From: Candidatus Dormiibacterota bacterium
GTDB taxonomy: Bacteria; Chloroflexota; Dormibacteria; CF-121
Assembly: GCA_035602295.1 (NCBI GenBank)
Contig: DATNMN010000273.1
Span: forward strand, 1-55,991
DNA: 55,991 nucleotides
Direction: 5' to 3'
Of the stretch, positions 1 through 9,694 are shown one piece after another (the first letter of the stretch is position 1; every line of letters starts with the position of its first letter). The notes beneath the pieces are model-generated. The model was not told the origin of the DNA. It saw nothing but the letters and a program-made list of their open reading frames with translations, and ran no database searches. The position numbers and the translations under genes were made by a program.

Positions 1-101
1 TCCACCTGTTCGGCGAGCGGCGCCGCCTTCAGGAAGGGCGTGATGCTGTAATCGCGGTGGTCGTAGGGGTCCTTGATGCAGCCGAGCGCGTATCGAGGCA
101 T
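1..101 (-). CDS. partial CDS, 5' end only (runs off left edge); hypothetical protein
   Basis: ATG at 99-101 on the minus strand. My translation is MPRYALGCIKDPYDHRDYSITPFLKAAPLAEQV, with GC-rich third positions. It is divergent from gltX. The D-x-RDY start is reminiscent of bacterial papain-like peptidase N-termini, but 33 aa is too little to call. Confidence 0.3.
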   Translation of the reverse strand, partial: MPRYALGCIKDPYDHRDYSITPFLKAAPLAEQV

Positions 102-150
102 CGAGAGTGTGACGAACGGGCTGCGATTTCCCGCTGGGTACGATGGTCGG

Positions 151-1587
151 ATGGCCCAGGTGAATTCGCCAGTCCGTGTGCGCTACGCGCCGAGCCCAAC
201 CGGCGCCCTGCACCTGGGCGGGGCACGAACCGCGCTCTTCAACTACCTGTTCGCCCGTCGCCAGGGTGGGCAGTTCCTGCTGCGGATCGAGGACACTGAC
301 CGGGTGCGTTTCAAGCCCGGCAGCCAGGAGCAGATCGAAGAGGGCCTGCGCTGGTTGGGCATGAACTGGGACGAAAAACCACTCGTCCAGTCAGAACGAA
401 AAGCCATCTACGAGAAGGCGGCCGCCGGCTTGATCGCCAGCGGTGCCGCCTATCGCTGCTTCTGTACACCGCAGCGGCTCGAGCAGATGCGCGCTGAGCA
501 GCGCGCCCGACACGAACCCGAGCGGTACGACCGTCGGTGCCGGGCGATCCCCGCGGACGAGTCAGAGCGACGCGCGGCGGCCGGCGAGCGCTTCGTGGTG
601 CGCCAGGCCATGCCCACCGAGGGCACGACCACCCTGCAAGACCTGGTGATGGGCACGGTCACGTTTCGTAATGACACGCTCGACGACCACGTCCTGCTGA
701 AATCGGATGGCTTCCCCACCTATCACCTCGCCTTCGCCGTCGACGACCACGAGATGCAGATCAGCCACATCATTCGGGGCGACGGCTGGCTGCCCTCCGC
801 ACCGAAGCACCTGCTGCTGTTCCAGGCCTTCACCTGGTTGCCACCGGCCTTCGCCCACCTCCCCCTGGTACTGGGGCCCGACAAAAAACCCCTCGCCAAG
901 CGGCATGGCGCGAAAGACGTGCTCGAGTACCGCGAGGCCGGCTATCTTCCCGAGGCCGTGGACAATTTCATCGCCTTCCTCGGCTGGTCGCCCGGAACCG
1001 AAGAAGACATCCTCACCATGGATCAGCTGATCGAGAAGTTCTCGATCGAGAAGATTCAGGCCAGCCCCGCGATGGCCAACCTGGAGCGGCTGGACTGGCT
1101 CAACGGCCAGTTCATCCGACGCCTGACCGCGGATGAGCTGGCCGCACGGCTGGCGCCCCGCATGCCCGAAGTGCCGGTCGATTCGCTCAAGCCCTTGATG
1201 CCGCTGGTGCAGGAGCGGCTGCGCAGCTTGAACGAGGCCCCCGACATGCTCCGATTCTTCTTCGAGGAACCCAACACCTATCGGCCCGAGCAACTCGTCC
1301 CCAAAGGGCGGGACGCCGCTGGCACCACCAAAGCCCTCACCGATACCGCCACCACCTTGCGGGCATTGCCCAGTTGGACCCCGGAATCGATCGAGCCGGC
1401 GCTGCGCGGACTGGCTGAGCGGCTGGGTTGGTCCTCTCGCGACCTGTTCATGGCGTTGCGGGTGGCGATCACCGGCCGCACGGTGACGCCGCCGCTGATC
1501 GAATCGATCAGCCGTTTGAGCAAGGAGACCGTCCTGGCGCGGCTGGAACGCGCCGGCCGGGCCGTAGCCGAACCGGCGCCTGGCTAA
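151..1587 (+). CDS. gltX: glutamate--tRNA ligase (class I aaRS)
   Basis: Based on ORF 73..1587. It contains VRYAPSPTGALHLGGARTALFNYLFAR, LLRIEDTD and a KMSKS-like LAKRHG. Start moved to ATG 151 (MAQVNSPVRVRY), which fits family N-termini. Confidence 0.93.
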   Translation: MAQVNSPVRVRYAPSPTGALHLGGARTALFNYLFARRQGGQFLLRIEDTDRVRFKPGSQEQIEEGLRWLGMNWDEKPLVQSERKAIYEKAAAGLIASGAAYRCFCTPQRLEQMRAEQRARHEPERYDRRCRAIPADESERRAAAGERFVVRQAMPTEGTTTLQDLVMGTVTFRNDTLDDHVLLKSDGFPTYHLAFAVDDHEMQISHIIRGDGWLPSAPKHLLLFQAFTWLPPAFAHLPLVLGPDKKPLAKRHGAKDVLEYREAGYLPEAVDNFIAFLGWSPGTEEDILTMDQLIEKFSIEKIQASPAMANLERLDWLNGQFIRRLTADELAARLAPRMPEVPVDSLKPLMPLVQERLRSLNEAPDMLRFFFEEPNTYRPEQLVPKGRDAAGTTKALTDTATTLRALPSWTPESIEPALRGLAERLGWSSRDLFMALRVAITGRTVTPPLIESISRLSKETVLARLERAGRAVAEPAPG

Positions 1588-1865
1588 GGCCGGATCGGCG
1601 GCAGAGGCCAGTAGCGCCAGCCAACCCGCGCCAGGATGTGGTGACGCATCACCGCCCCAAACTGCCTCGAGTCGGTGCTGGCGGCGGGGTTGTCACCGGC
1701 CAGGAAAATGGCGCCGCCGGGGTCGATCGCCTGGATCCGCTTGACGATCTCGAGATCGGGGCGATCAGGCCGACGGGCGACGACGACATCGCCGACGCGC
1801 AAGGGCGTCGCGTCATCGATGGGGCGAGCAACGATCAGCGACCCCGAAGGTAATCGCGGTGCCAT
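1584..1865 (-). CDS. sodX: S26-family signal-peptidase-like NiSOD maturation protease (SodX-like); true start probably upstream of 1865
   Basis: Contains VGDVVVARRP..IVKRIQA..LAGDNPAASTDSRQFG, which are S26 boxes including the catalytic Lys context. It is divergent from and adjacent to sodN. The in-frame upstream codons encode ..VNGDSM, the catalytic Ser box (see finding). Confidence 0.75.
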   Translation of the reverse strand: MAPRLPSGSLIVARPIDDATPLRVGDVVVARRPDRPDLEIVKRIQAIDPGGAIFLAGDNPAASTDSRQFGAVMRHHILARVGWRYWPLPPIRP

Positions 1866-1940
1866 GCTGTCGCCATTTACGCGCAGCGGGTAGACTGATT
1901 TCCGGATCAGTGGTTCATCCTAGTAGGAGGAATTGACACC

Positions 1941-2387
1941 ATGCATGTAATGGAATGGATTCGCCCCAGCCGGACTGTTGAAGCCCATTGCGACCTGCCG
2001 TGCGGAATCTACGACCCCGAGCAGGCACGCATCGAGGCAGAGTCCGTCTACAACATCATCAAGAAGTACAACGACTCGAAGGACGAGGTCTACCGCCAGC
2101 GGGCGATCGTCATCAAAGAGGAGCGGGCGGAGCTGGCCAAGCACCATCTCGACGTCCTCTGGAGCGATTGGTACAAGCCCGAGAAGCACGACGCCAAGTT
2201 CCCCCAGCTGAAGGACGCTCTGAAGGCGGCCGTCTCGCAAGGCTCAAAGGTCAAGGCATCGGTTGACCTGAACGACGCCCAGAAGTTCCTTGACCTGATC
2301 GACCAGGTCGACCAGATCTGGAAAAGCGCGGGAGGCCCCCAGGAAACCCGGGTAGCGCGCGCGGCGGCAACTCCGACCCGCGCCTAG
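1941..2387 (+). CDS. sodN: nickel superoxide dismutase precursor
   Basis: A short propeptide is followed by the Ni-hook HCDLPCGIYDP. AGGAGG RBS at 1925-1930. Adjacent sodX-like gene. Confidence 0.92.
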   Translation: MHVMEWIRPSRTVEAHCDLPCGIYDPEQARIEAESVYNIIKKYNDSKDEVYRQRAIVIKEERAELAKHHLDVLWSDWYKPEKHDAKFPQLKDALKAAVSQGSKVKASVDLNDAQKFLDLIDQVDQIWKSAGGPQETRVARAAATPTRA

Positions 2388-2412
2388 GGCTCCTCGGACC
2401 GCCGCCGACCCG

Positions 2413-3438
2413 TCAAGGCGACCACGCGAGCCGTGAATCGGCATCGAGAAAGCTGCCGTGCGTCACGGCTTGCGCGGCGCCCGCCGCGTGAACCGCAGTG
2501 TCAGTGGCGATCGGCAGGATGAAGAGGTCGAAACTGCCTTTGGTCAGCATCAGGAAGGCGATCGATCGCCCGTCAGGGGACCAGACCGGCTGGGCAATGA
2601 TGCCCGATTGGACGAGCACGGCGCTTTCGCTCGGGTAGGGCTGCGGCTCGCGCGCGTAGGTGGGCGCGAGCGGCATCACATAGAGGTCGTCGCTGCCCGC
2701 GCCAGCGCGGATGAAGGCGACGAAGCGACCGTCGGGTGAGAGGGCTGGTTCGAGACTCCGGCCGGTGTCCGGTGAGAGATAAACCGTCGCCCCCGTCCTT
2801 AATGACATCCAGGTCATCCGTGCGACCGCCTCCGTTGGCACGCCACCATAGAGATAAGTGGTATAGACAAGCTGGTCGCTGACGCCCGGACGGTAGCTGG
2901 GGTCGCTATCGCCGCCGGTGTAGGCGAAAGGCTGGACCAGCCGCCGCGATTGCCCAGTTGCGAAGTCGTACGACCAAACCCCCAGATCGTTCGGCTGGAG
3001 GTTCTGAGGACTCGAGGGCCGCTTGCCGCGGTCGCTGAGGTAGACAATCCGATGGCCGTCGCTATCGAAGCCGGGCGCGAACGCCCAGAGTGACCCCTCC
3101 GCCGCCGCCACCGGCGTAAGGGTCTGGCGGTTCTGACCGTTCGGATCGCTGACCACGATGGTCGAGCTCTGGTCCTGCAGCTGCGCGACCGCGATCCGAT
3201 CGCCCGTTGGGGTCACTGCCGGGTCCTTCACCGTCGACCCGAACCGTAGCCGGGTCAGCGCCGTCCCCGAAAAGCGGTAGAGGGCGCGGCTCTTCGTGGC
3301 GTACAGGCGGCCGGGGACGGGCACCTGCTTGACCGGCAGCACGACGCGTCCTGGATCGTGTGTGACCGGGGTACTCGACGTACAGCCGGCCAGGGCCAGC
3401 ATCGCCGACAGGAAAAGGACTGCCGGACGTGGGGTCAT
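2413..3438 (-). CDS. TolB-like / PD40 beta-propeller lipoprotein
   Basis: Lipobox LALAGCTSS. Repeated SPDGRxxAF PD40-type motifs (SPDGRFVAFI, SPDGRSIAFL, DSDGHRIVYL). ATGA overlap with the upstream LCP gene. Confidence 0.7.
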   Translation of the reverse strand: MTPRPAVLFLSAMLALAGCTSSTPVTHDPGRVVLPVKQVPVPGRLYATKSRALYRFSGTALTRLRFGSTVKDPAVTPTGDRIAVAQLQDQSSTIVVSDPNGQNRQTLTPVAAAEGSLWAFAPGFDSDGHRIVYLSDRGKRPSSPQNLQPNDLGVWSYDFATGQSRRLVQPFAYTGGDSDPSYRPGVSDQLVYTTYLYGGVPTEAVARMTWMSLRTGATVYLSPDTGRSLEPALSPDGRFVAFIRAGAGSDDLYVMPLAPTYAREPQPYPSESAVLVQSGIIAQPVWSPDGRSIAFLMLTKGSFDLFILPIATDTAVHAAGAAQAVTHGSFLDADSRLAWSP

Positions 3439-4508
3439 GGCAGCAAGTCACCGCCAAAGAGCTGGCGCAGGTAGGCATGGACCGCTGTCCAGTCCGCCAG
3501 TAGGATTTGCTGTCCGTCCGCGGAGATCGCGTCACGCACGTAGGGCGAGATGTACGTCTGATGCACGTCAGCTGGATGGAGGTTGCGCATGAAGAGTGCG
3601 AGCTGGGTGAGGCGCACCAGGTCAAGGTCGGTTTTGACGTGGCCGTTGAGGTCTCGCGCGAAGGTAGGCAGCGCGGTTATCAGGTCCATCCCGGCGGCGC
3701 GTTGTTGAAGAGCAAGCAGCAGCTGTTGCTGCCGAACCGATCGGCCGAAGTCACTCAACAGGTCGCCATGCCGGGAACGGACGTACTGGAGCGCGTGGCG
3801 GCCGTCGAGGTGCTGCGGACCCGCGGCAAGATACACCCGCTCCGTGCCATATCCGCTATCGCTGAAATCGTTCGGATAGTTGTCGTCGAGCACGGGATGA
3901 AGCACGTCGAGGTCGACACCCCCCACGCGATCGATGACGCGCACCAAACCGTTGAGGCCGACCCAGGCGTAGTAATGGATCGGAATCTTGAAGGCCTTCT
4001 CGACCGTGGCGCGAGCCAGGGGGGCGCCGCCCTGCGCGAAGGCAAGGTCGATCTTCGCGCTCGTATGTCCCGGGATGTCCACCCAGAGGTCCCGTGGCAG
4101 CGAGAGCATCGTGACCTGGTGCGTCGAGGGGTCGATCGAAACCACGATCATGGTCTGCGAGAGCAGCGCATCCTGCCGGAACTTCTGGTCATTGTCGCTG
4201 CCGAGCAGGAGGATATTGATCCGCTGCTTCGAGTCGAGCGGCGGCGGCGTGGCCGCTGGGACGCCGGCGACCCGTCCGCGCGATGGCTCATGCGGCTCCA
4301 GTAGCGCCAGCACGGGCGAAAGGTAGATGGCGACGCCGGCGATCAACGCCAGAACGAGCGCGATCGCGCCCACTACGATCCAGCGCACGCGGTGAGAACC
4401 GGGCGCATCCGGCACGCCGGTGGCCGGCGAGTGATTCATGCTTCCCAGCGCAGGCACGTCGCCTGCCCTCCCAAACCTATTAGGCGTGGCCGACGTCGAC
4501 GCGGTCAA
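3435..4508 (-). CDS. LytR-CpsA-Psr (LCP) family cell-envelope phosphotransferase
   Basis: N-terminal TM segment, then INILLLGSDND...SQTMIVVSIDP...MLSLPRDLWVDIPGH, typical of an LCP domain. Start uncertain (TTG 4508 or ATG 4439). Confidence 0.85.
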   Translation of the reverse strand: MTASTSATPNRFGRAGDVPALGSMNHSPATGVPDAPGSHRVRWIVVGAIALVLALIAGVAIYLSPVLALLEPHEPSRGRVAGVPAATPPPLDSKQRINILLLGSDNDQKFRQDALLSQTMIVVSIDPSTHQVTMLSLPRDLWVDIPGHTSAKIDLAFAQGGAPLARATVEKAFKIPIHYYAWVGLNGLVRVIDRVGGVDLDVLHPVLDDNYPNDFSDSGYGTERVYLAAGPQHLDGRHALQYVRSRHGDLLSDFGRSVRQQQLLLALQQRAAGMDLITALPTFARDLNGHVKTDLDLVRLTQLALFMRNLHPADVHQTYISPYVRDAISADGQQILLADWTAVHAYLRQLFGGDLLP

Positions 4509-4625
4509 GTCGTCCGTTTGAAAGGCGGCTCGTAAGCCTGAGAAGTGGATGAGAAAGCGTTACGCAATCGTGGCTGCTAACCGCGAACAGAGAGGCGAAT
4601 ACTAGACGTTACGAGGAATAGAGAG

Positions 4626-4841
4626 ATGCACCAGCCAGGAAATATCCTCTCACTGCGCTTCGGCTCTCCGGCGGTTCCGCATGAATATCGCACCCCTGCT
4701 CAGTTGACCTTCTGCTACCAGTGCCACTGCGCCGTCGACCTGGGCGCCACCACGACGGCGCTGCGGTCTGGACACTGGGCGCGGATCGGCACCTGCGCGC
4801 ACTGCGGGACCACGATCACCCGGATCCTCAAGGCAAGTTAA
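4626..4841 (+). CDS. small hypothetical protein with CxxC...CxxC zinc-ribbon-like cysteines
   Basis: 71-aa ORF with CYQCHC ... CAHCG. Purine-rich stretch (aggaatagagag) before the ATG. Sits just upstream of the deaminase gene. Confidence 0.35.
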   Translation: MHQPGNILSLRFGSPAVPHEYRTPAQLTFCYQCHCAVDLGATTTALRSGHWARIGTCAHCGTTITRILKAS

Positions 4842-4850
4842 CATCGATCG

Positions 4851-5432
4851 GTGACGTCCCGGCCCTCCCGGCCTGCGGCGCGCCGCGCGCGCCGGGCCGC
4901 CCCCAACCCTGATGCCGTCGACGTCCATTCGTCGAATCAGCAGGGTCGGCCCGACAAGGATTCCTACGCAATGATCCTGGCGTTTGCGGCGGCGCTGCGC
5001 TCAACCTGCCTCAGCCGGAAAGTCGGCTGCGTCATCGTGCGCGACGGCCAGGTGATCGCGACGGGGTACAACGGCACACCGAAAGGCACCTGGCACCCCG
5101 AAGAGTTCCCCAAGCCGTGTCCCTGCGTGGGTGGGATCAGCGGCGCCGACCTCTCGCTCAAATACTGCGCCCACGGCGAGGCCAACGCCCTGGCACAGAG
5201 CGCGTACCGCGGCTCCTCAACCGCCGGCGCCGACATCTTTTGCACCAACTTTCCATGCATCGAATGCGTCAAGCTCCTGATCAGCGCCGGCATCCGGTCG
5301 ATTTATTACGTGCACGGCTACCCCGACCTTAGCGGCTTGCGCGACCGATACCTGAGCCAGGCCGGGATCCCCACCCACCCTATCGCGTGGTCCCGGATCC
5401 AGCCCCATCTAGCGGCGCTGGCGAAGGGGTAG
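4851..5432 (+). CDS. dCMP / cytidine deaminase family zinc enzyme (ComEB-like)
   Basis: Contains CAHGEANAL (H-x-E) and FPCIECVKL (PC-x2-C) zinc motifs, plus RSTCLSRKVGCVIV. N-terminal extent uncertain. Confidence 0.85.
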   Translation: MTSRPSRPAARRARRAAPNPDAVDVHSSNQQGRPDKDSYAMILAFAAALRSTCLSRKVGCVIVRDGQVIATGYNGTPKGTWHPEEFPKPCPCVGGISGADLSLKYCAHGEANALAQSAYRGSSTAGADIFCTNFPCIECVKLLISAGIRSIYYVHGYPDLSGLRDRYLSQAGIPTHPIAWSRIQPHLAALAKG

Positions 5433-5646
5433 GCGAGGCCTCCACCGCGGCCGGCTCCACCAGGAACGAAACGCTCAAGGCTGGGTGGGGCCGCGTGGGA
5501 AGGGCGGCGGCGGAAGGCAGAAGCGTGGCACAGGCGGCCGCGGCGAGTACCCAGCGACGCCAGGAACCACCCATGCTGGAGCAACGCCCCGGACAGGCGG
5601 CACCAACCCGGCGTCGCCGGCCTGCTCCACTCGCGCCATGCCGGCG

Positions 5647-6537
5647 TTACAGCCGGGTGATCCCTTCCCTGACTCTGACCGGCGACGCATGCGGCTGGCG
5701 GGGCGCGCCCGCTCGCCGCACGGATTGCGCGTAGCGCACCGAGTCGAGGGCTGCCTTCCGCGGCGCCGTTTTCTGCGCGAGCCCGACCCAGAAGGCAGCA
5801 GGACCAGCGTATCGATCGCGCGGCGCGTCTTCACCCGGGCAGGCATAAACCCGACCGGAATCCCGAAGGAGAACGGTACCGTCGGCCTGCGTGAGATAGA
5901 CGAGGCGCGGTCCCATTTCGCCGATCATGCGGAGCGCCTCCCGACCATCGACGGGACCGAACAGGGCGCTGGCGTCGGTCGCCCAGAGGGCGACGCTGTC
6001 GGCCGCATCCAGCGCGGGTTCCAGAATGCGGCGTGTCATCCGGGCGTTCGTCCACCACAGGAGATCGGCCTCCAGCAGCAGGGCGGAATGACCGGCGCGG
6101 GCTCGGGCCGTGGTCAACGCGCCTAGTGCGGCCGATCGGGCGGGCTCGACCGAAAGGCTGTACCCGGAGACCACCGTCAACGCCGCGCTCAGCGAGAGCG
6201 GCGGCAGCTCATCGCGTCGAAGAGCGAGATCGGCACCGCGCTCCACGTGGCGATCCGGTGCGTGGCCATCGGGCTGATGCCACACCGTGGTCCGCATGCC
6301 GGGCGCGATCCGCAGCCATTGCAGCTCCACCTTGAGACGTTCGAGAGCGTCACGCACACGGCGGCCGGCGTCATCGTCTCCCAGCTTGGCAACCAGTGCG
6401 GTGCGACCCCCGAGCGCCGCGGCATGGGCCGCGAGCCGTGCTGCGCCCCCACCCAGGATCACGATGCCGTCGGCGGTGCGTTCCTCCGCCACATCACCGA
6501 CGGCGAGCCAGTCGAGGGCTCCGCTCATCGGGGTCAT
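5647..6537 (-). CDS. PfkB-family carbohydrate-kinase-like protein
   Basis: N-terminal GGGAARLAAHAAALGG matches the PfkB GG motif. The C-terminal DTxGAGD box is degenerate (PRDRYAGPAAF), so kinase activity is uncertain. Confidence 0.6.
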   Translation of the reverse strand: MTPMSGALDWLAVGDVAEERTADGIVILGGGAARLAAHAAALGGRTALVAKLGDDDAGRRVRDALERLKVELQWLRIAPGMRTTVWHQPDGHAPDRHVERGADLALRRDELPPLSLSAALTVVSGYSLSVEPARSAALGALTTARARAGHSALLLEADLLWWTNARMTRRILEPALDAADSVALWATDASALFGPVDGREALRMIGEMGPRLVYLTQADGTVLLRDSGRVYACPGEDAPRDRYAGPAAFWVGLAQKTAPRKAALDSVRYAQSVRRAGAPRQPHASPVRVREGITRL

Positions 6538-6542
6538 GATAG

Positions 6543-6995
6543 TCAGTGGTTGTCGTTGAGTTGTGAGGCGTCCGGATGCGAGTCGGGTGTCGGAACCACG
6601 GCCGGCTCGGGCTTTGGAACGGCCGTCGGCTCGGGCTTTGGAACGGTCGTCGGCTCCGGCTTCGGAACCACAATCGGCAGCGGGTGGCTGGCGGCCCGAG
6701 GGGTCGGCGTGGAGGATGGCCGCGATGACCTCGAGATCCTGTCGGCACCCGAAGCTGGCGCGGCCGGCGTCGTGCGCGTGCCGACCACCTTGATGGTCGA
6801 GGCCAGTGGCTCCGAGAGGTCTTGAACAGCGACGCTGGGAATCGTGAGCGAAAGATCGAGTTGGCGACTGCTGACCGGACCTAGCATCAGCGAGGTCAAC
6901 TGGTAGAGGGCGAGGCCGGCGCCGAAAACCAGCAGGGCCCCGGCCGACAGGGTACGGCCGCTGGCAACGCCCTGCACTTCTGGCATGGCATGCAT
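6543..6995 (-). CDS. membrane-anchored Pro-rich hypothetical protein
   Basis: One TM segment (LSAGALLVFGAGLALYQL). C-terminal VPKPEPT(T/A) x3 is encoded by about 24-bp DNA repeats near 6590-6670. Confidence 0.5.
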   Translation of the reverse strand: MHAMPEVQGVASGRTLSAGALLVFGAGLALYQLTSLMLGPVSSRQLDLSLTIPSVAVQDLSEPLASTIKVVGTRTTPAAPASGADRISRSSRPSSTPTPRAASHPLPIVVPKPEPTTVPKPEPTAVPKPEPAVVPTPDSHPDASQLNDNH

Positions 6996-7077
6996 GCTAC
7001 GAGCCCTCCATTTCGAGCCCGTAGTCCATGTGGCCCATTACAACGGCCGTTCGGAGGAGGGCCGCTAGAGTGGTCGA

Positions 7078-9102
7078 ATGGGCAATCGGCTGGCGGGGGA
7101 GACGAGTCCGTATCTGCTGGAACACGCCCAGAATCCGGTCGACTGGTACCCGTGGGGTGCCGAGGCCCTGGCCAGGGCGCGGACCGACAACAAGCCGATC
7201 CTGCTGAGCATCGGCTATAGCGCCTGTCACTGGTGTCATGTGATGGCCCGCGAGTCTTTTGAAGACGAAGAGACGGCGGCGGCGATGAACCGGGATTTCG
7301 TTGCCATCAAGGTCGACCGTGAAGAACGGCCGGACCTGGACCAGGTCTACATGCGAGCGGTGCAGGCCATGACGGGTTCTGGCGGATGGCCGATGACCGT
7401 TTTTCTTTTGCCCGACGGAACGCCCTTTTTCGCCGGCACTTACTTTCCGTCGAGCGAGCGGTTCGGCATGCCCTCTTTTCGTCGCGTCCTGGCCGCCGTG
7501 GCCGACGCCTTTGCAAACCGGCAGCAGGAAGTCGACGACACGGCCGACCAGGTCCGCGAGTTCCTGAAACGTCCCGCATTACCGCTGGCGGCGGGGACGC
7601 TCGACGCGACTTTGCTCGACGAGGCGTACACGCGACTGGTCCGCGATTACGATGCCGCCCATGGCGGCTTCGGCGGCGCACCCAAATTTCCTCAACCGAT
7701 GCTGCTGGAGTTTCTTCTGCGCACCCATGTCCGGACCGGCCAACCGACCGCGCTGGAGATGGCGACCGACACGCTGCGCTCGATGGCTGCCGGCGGCATG
7801 TATGACCAGCTGGGCGCCGGCTTTCACCGCTACAGTGTCGACGATCGCTGGCTCGTTCCCCACTTCGAGAAGATGCTGTACGACAACGCCTTGCTGGCCC
7901 GCGCATATCTCGATGCCTGGCAGCTGACAAAGGAGCCGGCGTTTGCTCGGGTCGTTGAGGAGACGCTCGCCTTCGTGCAACGCGAGATGACCGCGCCGGA
8001 GGGTGGCTTTTACGCCAGCCTCGACGCCGACACGGAGGGCGAAGAGGGCCGCTTCTACCTGTGGACCCCAGCCGAGCTCGACGCAGTGCTCGGTCCGGAG
8101 CAGGGCGCCGCATTGGCGCGCGCCTTCGATGTCACGCCTGCAGGCAATTTCGAAGCCCACAGCATTCTTCATCCCGTCGCGCCGGGCGCGATCGACCTGC
8201 TTGCCGCGGCCAGGGATCGGCTGCTGTCGGCGCGCGCGCAGCGCGTCCGGCCGCATCGCGACGAGAAGGTTATCGCGGGGTGGAACGGACTGATGCTGCG
8301 GGCGTTTGCCGAGGCGGGGCGGGTGCTGCGCCGGCCCGACCTGGTCGCCGTCGCCGAAGCCAACGCTGCGTTCCTGCTATCGCAGATGCGTACGTCTCAT
8401 CGAATGCGCCGGAGCTACAAAGATGGTCGAGCTCCACTCGCTGGCTACCTCGAGGACCAGGCGGCGGTCGCCGATGGCCTGCTGAGCCTGTACGAAGCAA
8501 CCCTCAATCCGATCTGGCTTGACGACGCCCACGGTCTGCTGGCGGAAATGCTGACCGCGTTTTGGGACGAAACCGAGGCCGCATTCTTTGATACCGCCGA
8601 AGACCAGGAGCAGCTCGTGGTGCGACCGCAGGACGTGACCGACAACGCGGTGCCGTCGGGAACCTCGATGGCGATCGACGTCTTGCTGCGCGCCGGCATG
8701 CTCTTCGGCGAGCAATCATGGATCGACCGGGCCCGCGCGACCCTCGAGCGGCTGGCACCGACCGCGGCCAAGGCGCCGCAGGCGTTTGGCCGCCTCCTCG
8801 CGGCGATGGATTTCTACTTGGGCCGGCCGGTCGAGCTAGCGGTGATCGGCAACCCCGCGGAGCCGCAGGCCAGGGAGTTTCTGGAAGTGCTCAGAGCCCG
8901 TTACCTGCCGAACCGACTGGTCGCCGTCGCACCGCCCGGCCGACCGCCGCAACCGCTGCCGTTGCTCAGCGACCGAACGGCGATTGGTGGAAAGGTGACC
9001 GCCTATCTCTGCGAGGGCTTCGTGTGCCAGACGCCCACCACGGACCCAGCGGAGCTGGAGCGCCAGCTCGAGGCGTTCAGCGCGAGAGCGCTTGCGTCTT
9101 GA
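7078..9102 (+). CDS. thioredoxin-domain DUF255 protein (YyaL / SSP411-like) with six-hairpin glycosidase-like C-terminal region
   Basis: Contains [25 protein letters not shown]...[18 protein letters not shown], the family signature. Confidence 0.88.
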   Translation: MGNRLAGETSPYLLEHAQNPVDWYPWGAEALARARTDNKPILLSIGYSACHWCHVMARESFEDEETAAAMNRDFVAIKVDREERPDLDQVYMRAVQAMTGSGGWPMTVFLLPDGTPFFAGTYFPSSERFGMPSFRRVLAAVADAFANRQQEVDDTADQVREFLKRPALPLAAGTLDATLLDEAYTRLVRDYDAAHGGFGGAPKFPQPMLLEFLLRTHVRTGQPTALEMATDTLRSMAAGGMYDQLGAGFHRYSVDDRWLVPHFEKMLYDNALLARAYLDAWQLTKEPAFARVVEETLAFVQREMTAPEGGFYASLDADTEGEEGRFYLWTPAELDAVLGPEQGAALARAFDVTPAGNFEAHSILHPVAPGAIDLLAAARDRLLSARAQRVRPHRDEKVIAGWNGLMLRAFAEAGRVLRRPDLVAVAEANAAFLLSQMRTSHRMRRSYKDGRAPLAGYLEDQAAVADGLLSLYEATLNPIWLDDAHGLLAEMLTAFWDETEAAFFDTAEDQEQLVVRPQDVTDNAVPSGTSMAIDVLLRAGMLFGEQSWIDRARATLERLAPTAAKAPQAFGRLLAAMDFYLGRPVELAVIGNPAEPQAREFLEVLRARYLPNRLVAVAPPGRPPQPLPLLSDRTAIGGKVTAYLCEGFVCQTPTTDPAELERQLEAFSARALAS

Positions 9103-9673
9103 GCCAGCCCTCGTAGTCCGCCGGGGTATTGACGTTGCGAAAAGAGCGGAGCTCGGGATCCACCGCGTGCAGCTCGTCTGACGCGACATAGCGGACAGTG
9201 CTGCGGTCGAGCAGGCTCTTGATACTGCGCTCGCCGGCCTCGAGCAGCCCTTCGATCCGCGGCGCCAGCTCGCGGACATAAAGCGCGCACACACCCTCGG
9301 GCTCCTGGTCGGGACGGGGCACGACCGCCTCGTAATCGCCGGCCAGGGCACAGAGTAGGCCGCCCAGCGCCGGTTCGACGTCGGGCAAATCGCAGCCGAC
9401 CACCCAGACGTGCCGCTCTTTCGCCGCGGTCAAACCGGCAAGCATACCGGCGAGCGGGCCGAGGCCGGGCAGATGGTCGGGAACGACGCGGACGCCCTCA
9501 AACGGTAGGCCAACCGATCCGCCGGCGATGATCGTTTCGTCGACCACCGGGGCCAGCCGACGAGCGAGGTGCTCGATCAGCGTCCGGTCGCCCGCCGGCA
9601 AGGTCGCCTTGTCGTGGCCCATCCGGCGGCTCAGTCCGCCCGCCAGGATCACGAGGCTGCACCTGGCGCGCAT
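9077..9673 (-). CDS. mobA: molybdenum cofactor guanylyltransferase
   Basis: Contains [32 protein letters not shown] and VVGCDLP motifs. Confidence 0.85.
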   Translation of the reverse strand: MRARCSLVILAGGLSRRMGHDKATLPAGDRTLIEHLARRLAPVVDETIIAGGSVGLPFEGVRVVPDHLPGLGPLAGMLAGLTAAKERHVWVVGCDLPDVEPALGGLLCALAGDYEAVVPRPDQEPEGVCALYVRELAPRIEGLLEAGERSIKSLLDRSTVRYVASDELHAVDPELRSFRNVNTPADYEGWLKTQALSR

Positions 9674-9694
9674 GCCAAGAGCCTACCTGCCTGT

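Noticed and set aside
562-1293. 243-aa minus-strand ORF antisense to gltX. Many similar long ORFs lie opposite confirmed genes, for example 37218..38723(+) over ftsH, 41620..42609(+) over otsA, 32975..34000(-) and 34043..35062(-) over the PBP gene, 47151..48149(-) over GH38, and 14348..15433(+) over the SBP gene.
   Set aside because: These are shadow ORFs expected in high-GC DNA. Their translations are Arg/Gly/Pro-rich with no motifs, while the opposite strand encodes clearly recognisable proteins.
5380-5574. 64-aa minus-strand ORF with a lipoprotein-like start (MGGSWRRWVLAAAAC...).
   Set aside because: There is no Shine-Dalgarno, it overlaps the 3' end of the deaminase gene by about 50 nt, and the remainder is low-complexity Pro/Ala. 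It cannot be distinguished from a chance ORF.
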